64,000 bases of DNA from Methanobacteriota archaeon (GTDB lineage: Archaea; Thermoplasmatota; Poseidoniia; Poseidoniales; Poseidoniaceae). The stretch spans positions 29,090 to 93,089 of the forward strand of contig JAAZXA010000068.1 of assembly GCA_014240385.1 (NCBI GenBank), read 5' to 3'. Under the pieces are notes generated by a model. That model ran no database searches, was not told where the DNA came from, and was given only the letters and a program-made list of their open reading frames with translations. A program made the position numbers and the translations under genes. Positions 57,564 to 64,000 of the stretch are shown piece after piece. The number at the start of each line of letters is the position of its first letter. Positions within the stretch are counted from its first letter, which is position 1.

Positions 57564-58385
57564 CTACTCTTCCTCAGTCGCTTGATTGTTTTGGAAAGGA
57601 ATGGTTATTTCAGGTTCGGCCACAAGGGTTGGATGTATGCCTTCTACTACCTCTCCATCAACATCCATCATGCCATAGATGTACAAATTCTTTTTCTCGA
57701 GAATGTTCTTGATTGTCTGTCTGTGCCAGACCACCTTTCCCTTCCTTGTTTTGATGGCTTTTGTTGCTAGTTCATTGATTATGTCGGATATTGTGTAGCC
57801 TTGAGTTTCCATATTGAAGATTATGTTTACTACGCTTGCTTCTTCTTCGTTTGGTACAAGCAAACCTTTCTTGGATCTCTTTCCTGTATCATCGATTTCA
57901 ATATTCATGTCATACCCATAGGGGGGTGTTCCAAGCCAAATTCCTTTCAACTTTGCACCTGCCATGCCCATTTTGACTCTTTCTTTGATTTCATTTCGCC
58001 TTAGTTCAGCCAATGCTGCGAATACTATGTAGAAGAAGCGGCCTTGAACCGTTGTAGTGTCCATTTGTTCAGAGATACATGCAATATGGCAGTTGTTTGT
58101 ATCAATTGTGTTTACAAATTCAATTGCGTTCATGGTGTTGCGATGAAACCGGTCTAGTTTGTAACCAACTACTGCGTCCCATTCTTCGCCCATGGTTTCC
58201 ATCATCGCACCATATCCAGGCCTGTTGTCTGTGAATCCACCTGATCCTGTATCTGAGTAGCTTCGAATGTAAGTCCAACCTTGCATTTCGATGTAGTTCT
58301 GGCAAAGCCTCAACTGTTCCTCTAGGCTGTGGCCTTTTGCTTCTTGCTTCTCGGTTGAAACTCTTGTGTAGATTATTGCTCGCAT
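57564..58385 (-). CDS. serine recombinase (resolvase/invertase catalytic domain plus C-terminal extension)
   Basis: MRAIIYTRVSTEKQ...GHSLEEQ...YSDTGSGG...RPGY; canonical N-terminal Ser-recombinase motifs. Confidence 0.85.
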   Translation of the reverse strand: MRAIIYTRVSTEKQEAKGHSLEEQLRLCQNYIEMQGWTYIRSYSDTGSGGFTDNRPGYGAMMETMGEEWDAVVGYKLDRFHRNTMNAIEFVNTIDTNNCHIACISEQMDTTTVQGRFFYIVFAALAELRRNEIKERVKMGMAGAKLKGIWLGTPPYGYDMNIEIDDTGKRSKKGLLVPNEEEASVVNIIFNMETQGYTISDIINELATKAIKTRKGKVVWHRQTIKNILEKKNLYIYGMMDVDGEVVEGIHPTLVAEPEITIPFQNNQATEEE

Positions 58386-58703
58386 TTACTCTTCCTCTCC
58401 CCTGTCCCAATTTTGGAAGTCAACTGGAGCACCGTTTGATTCAATAAGGGGGGTGTCGGACTCGCTCTTGAAAACTGCTTGAAGGCGTAAATGTTGCCGC
58501 CATACCCTCATTTGGTCGTTTTCGATGGGTATAGGCTCATCACATTCACATTCAGGGGCAGGCACATCCAAATAGTCTGCTGTTGCCATCACGCAATCAG
58601 CGATTAGGTCAATTTTCCCGTTGATCTGGTCGATTGATGATTTGATTATCCAGAAAAAGATTGATGCAAAAATAATTGCAACTGTCAAGTGAATTTCGTG
58701 CAT
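58386..58703 (-). CDS. hypothetical protein with N-terminal TM (105 aa)
   Basis: track ORF; its stop TAA abuts the recombinase ATG. Confidence 0.65.
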   Translation of the reverse strand: MHEIHLTVAIIFASIFFWIIKSSIDQINGKIDLIADCVMATADYLDVPAPECECDEPIPIENDQMRVWRQHLRLQAVFKSESDTPLIESNGAPVDFQNWDRGEEE

Positions 58704-59082
58704 GGTTCGTTCACCATAACCTTGGTTAATTGTCGCTATGAAGGGTCAGTCGTATTACACCTTCGCCCTGTGAACCGAATTATCACCCGTTTAACACGCT
58801 ATTCCCCCCCACATAGGGGGTATGTTGACGATGAAGGAGTTCCTTTGCGCTCAACCCCCCCACCTTCATAGTCAAAAACGGGTATTTTTCACCTCATAAC
58901 TTCTCATTGAATCGCAAGTCCTCACATCACATCTCAATTGTAAGGTTGGGGTGGAATGAACCTCATGTGGTTCTGCGCTTCTAACCTTCGTTCACAGGCA
59001 ATTCCAATTCCTATCTACACATTAGGGGTGAATTACCTACTTCGTGCAACAAGGGATCTAGATGAAACAATAGGAAACAAGG

Positions 59083-59156
59083 CGGGTCATGCAGGGTTCG
59101 AACCTGCGGCCTACTGGTTAAGAGCCAGTCGCTCTACCTGACTAAGCTAATGACCC
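59083..59156 (-). tRNA. tRNA-Lys (anticodon CUU)
   Basis: GGGTCAT/TA/GCTT-AGTCAGGTA-GAGC/G/ACTGG-CTCTTAA-CCAGT/AGGCC/GCAGG-TTCGAAC-CCTGC/ATGACCC/G. Confidence 0.9.
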
Positions 59157-59263
59157 AGTTGTTAGTGTGGTGTCCGACTTCGCAGAAGTCATAGGGTTAG
59201 TATGGTGTGAGGACCGTTGTTCGCTCCATCGGACGGACCAAGCGAAGTGTTTTAGTCGGATAA

Positions 59264-59572
59264 TCATTTCCAAGGATTTAGGCTATTTATGTTGTAATCA
59301 ACCAACAGATCAGTCTTCTTCGAAGAGGATTTGTCGTTGATGTACCAACCGAGGGCGGTGCAAGCAAAGTCTCCAAGGATGTTTAGGGCTGTGTCTTTGG
59401 AGTTATCGGGGAATACGCTGCTGAGTTTTTCCTTGAGGTAGTAATTTTCAAGCAGTTCGAAGGCAGTATGGAGAACCAATGTGGTTCCAAGAGTTAGGCC
59501 TACCCCTCTGGCGATTACGCCCATGGCAGCGTGTCCGATTGAGTATGGATCAATGAAGCCCTGGTTGCTCAT
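59264..59572 (-). CDS. hypothetical membrane-associated protein (102 aa)
   Basis: track ORF 59264..59680 trimmed to the ATG with AAGGAGGGAGATTA SD (TAATG overlap with the upstream stop). Confidence 0.65.
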   Translation of the reverse strand: MSNQGFIDPYSIGHAAMGVIARGVGLTLGTTLVLHTAFELLENYYLKEKLSSVFPDNSKDTALNILGDFACTALGWYINDKSSSKKTDLLVDYNINSLNPWK

Positions 59573-60015
59573 TAATCTCCCTCCTTGAATTTCAATAATG
59601 GTGTACCGTAGGAGCTTTCCCGGAATACATCCAGGTCTTTGTGCCTCAGTAGTGCTCCACTGCCCATCTTGGAGTACCACATTCCCTCAATCTTTCTAGA
59701 TCCATGCTTTACCGTGATGTCGCCTATGGCGTTAATTTCTCCGTATATGCAAACTGTGGCTTTATCGTCCTCAAAGGTAGGGGTATAACCGTGTTTTTTG
59801 TAAAACCTGATGAACTCTAGATAAGATGATGTTCCATCTTTGTTAAGATCTATTTCATTCCATACCCATCTGTCCTTTACACCGATGGTGAATGCTATGC
59901 AATTGTAGGCTTTGGTGTATCTATCGATTACCTCGTATTTGAGGTGTGGGAATTGGTTTCTGTAAGTTGTGAGCAACCGGGGTCGATGTGGATGAGGCCC
60001 TCTCAGTTCATGCAC
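59572..60015 (-). CDS. hypothetical protein (147 aa)
   Basis: track ORF. Confidence 0.65.
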   Translation of the reverse strand: MHELRGPHPHRPRLLTTYRNQFPHLKYEVIDRYTKAYNCIAFTIGVKDRWVWNEIDLNKDGTSSYLEFIRFYKKHGYTPTFEDDKATVCIYGEINAIGDITVKHGSRKIEGMWYSKMGSGALLRHKDLDVFRESSYGTPLLKFKEGD

Positions 60016-60026
60016 TTAGAGGCCCC

Positions 60027-60656
60027 CTAGAATCCATACGGTTGCCCTAGTAGCCCTCTCGCATTACTGTGTCCGTCTAGGTTAGTGTATCTTCGTCTCG
60101 ATATCTCAACGAATTTCAAGAATATTGTTCCTGTTGTCTGGAGGTTTTGAACCTTCAAACGGATTCTATGCCTGTATGGCCTAAGACCTCGGAACATTGC
60201 TACTTTGAGTGTGGCTGTATCTTTCTTCAAGAACCAATTTCCATACTGCTCAGGCATTCCTAAATCAGATACATCTTCAAGGATGATTCCTTGGTATGAT
60301 GATGATGATGTCGTGTCGTAATGGCTTTCCAATCCGCCTTGAGCGAATCCGTCTAATTGTAAGAAGACTGCGAGTTTCTCAGGGTTTGCAGGGGTGCTTC
60401 CGTCTGGAAGGTCGCCTGCATCTGCTGTAGCTTGAATAATCACATAGTTCAATTCCCCGGATTCTCTGTCATCGAGAATTGTTAGGGTTTCGCCAGCCGC
60501 TATTTCGATTTTGTTTCTGCGGATGGTGATGTCTCGAAGATCTTGTTGGTCTGCTCTGCCGCCATCCATACCTGCCATCGGATCTATGATTAGAGGTATT
60601 TCCATTGGCGGTGCTGAGTCAATTATATCGCTAATTCCATCTGGTTCGTGTTCCAT
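60027..60656 (-). CDS. hypothetical (probably virion-associated) protein (209 aa)
   Basis: track ORF; TGATG overlap with the upstream fibre-like gene. Confidence 0.65.
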   Translation of the reverse strand: MEHEPDGISDIIDSAPPMEIPLIIDPMAGMDGGRADQQDLRDITIRRNKIEIAAGETLTILDDRESGELNYVIIQATADAGDLPDGSTPANPEKLAVFLQLDGFAQGGLESHYDTTSSSSYQGIILEDVSDLGMPEQYGNWFLKKDTATLKVAMFRGLRPYRHRIRLKVQNLQTTGTIFLKFVEISRRRYTNLDGHSNARGLLGQPYGF

Positions 60657-63511
60657 CAGTAATCCCTCCGATGTGTTGAGCGTGGGTCTCTGCGTTGTTT
60701 ATGCCTTCTCCTGGATGTGCCGTTAAGGATTACTTCTGTCTGAGGTGTTATTTGGTTCGTGGCATTGTCGAACTCTTGTTTGTTCATTGGAGTTCCTTTG
60801 TGGTTCCTTACATGCTCATGCCAACCCTCAGCAGGTCCAGCAGGCCCAGCAGTTCCTCTACCGAGTCCTTGTTTCTTGTATGCATCTAGAGCGTGTGGGA
60901 TTACTTCGTATTTGAATCCGCCAGATCTCTTAGTCATTCGTCTGACTTCTGGGTCTGGGACTGGTCGAAGTTTGTATTTGTAGCCAACAATGGTGAGCAC
61001 AGGATCTAAGATGTCTTCATCATTACCTGCAATCTGGAATTCGGGTAGGTTCTCTTCACCAACTCCGACCCAGAGCATGTAGGTTGGGTTCGGAGCAATT
61101 GCTGGAGATTCATTGGCTGTTATCCATCCTGTTTTGTTAATCATCAGGGCATCATTGTTATCCATTCCTACATCGTCTCTGAATGCTACTCCTTGAGCCG
61201 CGAACTTTGGTACTCCTTTTGGTTGGTATACTCGAAGTCTTGCGCTTGTGTAGCCAACGAATGTTTTCTGCATTTTCCCTCGAGTTGTTGTTGGTGCAGT
61301 CCAGTCGCATTGGTAGGCTGTTCCGTTGTCTGGTAGTTTACCAAGTTGGTCTCTCATGACACCTCCGAAATGCGTTGATTTAGGACCTGTTTCGGTAGTC
61401 CCAGCATTGAGGACAGTTAATTGTTCATCAGTATCAAAAAGGTATGTTGTTGGGGAGAAGGGTACATCGCTTCGGGTAGCCTTGGCGAAACCACCTGCTG
61501 CAGTAATGAATTTGGGTGTGTGATTCAAACCAACGCCTACATGATATACGACTGACTTGTCTTTTTTGGATAAGGTGTCCAATATTGTGGCTTGGAATTT
61601 GTTTAGCATTGTTTGCGTTCCTGCGGCTTCTGAACCAGCATGTCCAGGAATGAATTGGATTCGAACAGGATCTCCTGCTACGAATCCTTGGTGAGTAAGG
61701 GCTGCTGTGGTGAAAGTACCTTGTTTGTTGCTCAATGTAACTGCCCCTGTAATTTTTGCTACCTCACGGACGGCTCCGTTTTGCCCTCCAAATATGATGT
61801 CGGTTCCTACAGGTATTACGAGGCTGTCCCATGAGCTTCCAGCAATGGCCTCATTTTCTGTTACATTGATTACAAATGATGTCATCCCTACATTCAATGA
61901 AACCAATTCTGCCTCGAGACCCACTGGGAGTGCAACCGTCAATGAATCAACGCCGGTTACCCTGTGTAACCCTGCGCCCGTCATTACCAATTGTCCTGGC
62001 ATCAACTTCTGCGGGACTCTTCCTCCTTGAGCGAGGGCGGCTCCTGCTGGTTTTGTGTTGGGTGCGGTCTTCCTCGTTACTTTGATGGTTTGGAGACCTC
62101 CTCGAGTCACTACTGCATTCTTGTTGTAGTTGTTCAATGTTGAAGTGGCTGTTGCCTTGGTTGATGAGCCACCTCCAGTGAATGTGATTGGGGGCGGGGT
62201 TCCATAACCTGCTCCGGGATTGGTAATATCAACTGATTCAACAGTTGTTGAGGTTAATGTGGCGGTCATGGTTTCTGCGGCGCCACAGTTGGCTTGACCT
62301 GCTAGGAGCGCAGTAGATGAGGCAATTGCGTATGCTCCCGTTCCGCCTGAATCTGCTGCTATGGGAAGGACTGCTGCCCCGAACTGGTCGCAGAATGGAT
62401 CTGCTGGTAATACAGTTAATGTCGGGGGTGCGGTGTAACCTGCTCCTGGCGTTGATACTGTAACTGAAGCTATTGTGGTTGGAATGAGGCTGGCGACTGC
62501 AGTGGCACCGCTTCCTGCAAACCCCGTAAGGCCTGATAAGTCGATGGTGGGTGCTGATGTGTAACTTCCACCTGCTGATGTTATGGTTACTACTGTGATT
62601 GTATTGCCTGCGACATCTACTGTTGCAGTACCAGATCCACTTACTGTAATGCTTAGGCCGGTCCCATTGGTTAGGCCTGTTCCTGCATTGGTGATTGTAA
62701 TTCTTCCTAGAGTGGTTGCGGTTAATACTGGAACACATACTGCTGCAGTTGTTGGTGTGTCGTCATTTGACGGGGTGACTACGAGTGTTGGAACCTTCGT
62801 ATACTTCGCTGTAAGGGCGCTGCCCTCAGAACGGGCTACTGCTGAACCTGCTACGGCGACTGATGCTACGCTAGTGCCTGTTAATTTGGCAACTGCGGTA
62901 GCACCGCCCCCAGTATCAATCCAAGCCTCTGCTTCTGCTGAATAGGTTGGGTCACTTTGAGCACTACTGGAACCTGTTGAATCTGTAAGGGCGACCGTAG
63001 GCGGTGTTGTATACCCACTTCCTCGAGAATTGGCATCGGTTGTATCGCCTTGAGGGAATATGATTTGTTGGATTGTACCATTGCGAATGTAAGCAAATGC
63101 TAGGGCTCCAGAACCTGCGCCTCCGGAGAAGGCGATTTTAGGCCCGATTTCATACCTGCTAGTGGTATCGGGGTTTGTACCCCATGTAGACACCGTAGCA
63201 GACTTTGTAGCGCCCGTGTAATCCGTTATTTCACGGACTTGCCCTGCGCCCGTCCCAGATTCGATGTAAATGTATGCGCCATTGTAGTAATCGTCAGCGG
63301 CATTTGCTGTTCCTGCTAGAACTATTGTAGTTCCGCTTCCGCCTGTTGCCATTCCGTTTGTGTGATTGTCATAGATGAAGCGTCCTGCACCGCTTGAACC
63401 GTCATTGAGGATGTTCAATTTGGTTATGAAGCCCGAAACAACGGCAACTGTCGGAACAGTTTCATAACTGACTCCTGCGCCCGTTATTTCGATTGATTTT
63501 ATACCTGCCAT
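60656..63511 (-). CDS. large fibre/decoration-like structural protein with repeated GxGYTxxPxV modules (951 aa)
   Basis: track ORF. At least four G(S/A)GYT(T/A/S)(P/A)PT(V/L/I) repeats. ADDYYNGAYIYIESGTGAGQVREITDYTGATKSATVS motif common in phage fibre proteins. Gly/Thr/Ala-rich. Confidence 0.6.
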   Translation of the reverse strand: MAGIKSIEITGAGVSYETVPTVAVVSGFITKLNILNDGSSGAGRFIYDNHTNGMATGGSGTTIVLAGTANAADDYYNGAYIYIESGTGAGQVREITDYTGATKSATVSTWGTNPDTTSRYEIGPKIAFSGGAGSGALAFAYIRNGTIQQIIFPQGDTTDANSRGSGYTTPPTVALTDSTGSSSAQSDPTYSAEAEAWIDTGGGATAVAKLTGTSVASVAVAGSAVARSEGSALTAKYTKVPTLVVTPSNDDTPTTAAVCVPVLTATTLGRITITNAGTGLTNGTGLSITVSGSGTATVDVAGNTITVVTITSAGGSYTSAPTIDLSGLTGFAGSGATAVASLIPTTIASVTVSTPGAGYTAPPTLTVLPADPFCDQFGAAVLPIAADSGGTGAYAIASSTALLAGQANCGAAETMTATLTSTTVESVDITNPGAGYGTPPPITFTGGGSSTKATATSTLNNYNKNAVVTRGGLQTIKVTRKTAPNTKPAGAALAQGGRVPQKLMPGQLVMTGAGLHRVTGVDSLTVALPVGLEAELVSLNVGMTSFVINVTENEAIAGSSWDSLVIPVGTDIIFGGQNGAVREVAKITGAVTLSNKQGTFTTAALTHQGFVAGDPVRIQFIPGHAGSEAAGTQTMLNKFQATILDTLSKKDKSVVYHVGVGLNHTPKFITAAGGFAKATRSDVPFSPTTYLFDTDEQLTVLNAGTTETGPKSTHFGGVMRDQLGKLPDNGTAYQCDWTAPTTTRGKMQKTFVGYTSARLRVYQPKGVPKFAAQGVAFRDDVGMDNNDALMINKTGWITANESPAIAPNPTYMLWVGVGEENLPEFQIAGNDEDILDPVLTIVGYKYKLRPVPDPEVRRMTKRSGGFKYEVIPHALDAYKKQGLGRGTAGPAGPAEGWHEHVRNHKGTPMNKQEFDNATNQITPQTEVILNGTSRRRHKQRRDPRSTHRRDY

Positions 63512-63530
63512 CTAGATCACCTTCGTGATC

Positions 63531-64000
63531 TCAGACTGCGAAATCATCTTGCATTGTTCCTGCATGAGGCAGGCCGTAGTCCGTGATGATTTTGTAGTGT
63601 AGCTTCCCGTTGTTCGATGCCCTCATTTCTTCTACCTTTGCTCTGCTTAGAGGCGTTACGCGAATTTTGTAGCCTTCGAGATAGATGACTGGGTCGTAGC
63701 AAACTTCACCCGATACATTCAAAAATCTGAAATTTGGCAAATTGCTCTCGCCTTCGGAAATCCAAATACCAAACGCAGGGTTAGGGTCGTCCTGTGGACT
63801 GTTGTTTACATCAATCCATCCTGTCTTGTCGTCTCCGGGACTCTCATCAGCGGACCATCTTGGGATTCCAGAGGGATGCTGTAGGAAGCAACGGCCTGAG
63901 ATATCTCCGACCTTCATTCTCTGTGCTGCACCTACTGTCTTCAATGCTGCAGAAAGTGTGATTTCAGTTGTGTCGTTAGGGAATCCTACTCCGTTGTAAG
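63531..64000 (-). CDS. structural protein paralog, C-terminal part only (N-terminus beyond window end)
   Basis: frame open to 64000 upstream of the track TTG start; the last ~110 aa align with the C-terminal region of the 951-aa protein. Confidence 0.6.
   Translation of the reverse strand, partial: YNGVGFPNDTTEITLSAALKTVGAAQRMKVGDISGRCFLQHPSGIPRWSADESPGDDKTGWIDVNNSPQDDPNPAFGIWISEGESNLPNFRFLNVSGEVCYDPVIYLEGYKIRVTPLSRAKVEEMRASNNGKLHYKIITDYGLPHAGTMQDDFAV

Noticed and set aside
62238-62738. 166-aa alternative-frame ORF and several plus-strand ORFs inside the 951-aa fibre-like gene
   Set aside because: They are embedded in a long, compositionally coherent ORF. Their Arg/Ser/Cys-rich composition is typical of off-frame translation of GC-rich repeats.

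Overview
The window reads as a densely packed viral genome segment. The host is probably archaeal and the virus probably tailed, but that is inferred only from motifs recognised by eye; no searches were run. There are four architectural parts. (1) Positions 1-40.8 kb hold a nearly gap-free train of about 95 small minus-strand genes. Many are zinc-ribbon or Cys-rich. Functional calls include four DNA methyltransferases, two PAPS-reductase-like proteins, a TGT/DpdA-like protein, a CxxxCxxC (radical-SAM-like) protein, a WGR protein, P-loop NTPases and RHH/wHTH regulators. Almost every cistron starts with the invariant element 5'-ACCGCTC-ATG (abbreviated PM below), seen on the given strand as CATGAGCGGT. 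I counted 87 exact copies by hand, all in one orientation. The same core without ATG marks the boundaries of non-coding islands. (2) Positions 39.4-42.6 kb form a non-coding hub with an intron-bearing tRNA-like gene, several repeat families and a tandem promoter-like array. (3) Positions 42.6-53.9 kb hold a plus-strand block: a TFB/TFIIB-like factor, two glycosyltransferases, an Arf-like small GTPase, several membrane proteins and an acidic repeat protein. Five of these genes are preceded by a conserved box exactly 27 nt upstream of the ATG, and internal genes use GGAGG-type Shine-Dalgarno (SD) sites. (4) Positions 54-64 kb hold minus-strand genes with ordinary SD sites: tRNA-Arg(GCG), tRNA-Lys(CUU), a serine recombinase, and large repeat-containing fibre-like proteins with a shared C-terminal domain. 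I recognised no rRNA, CRISPR array, polymerase, terminase, portal or major capsid gene. ORF starts from the track were reset to the PM-ATG where the track had merged upstream read-through (the recurring ...PLM).
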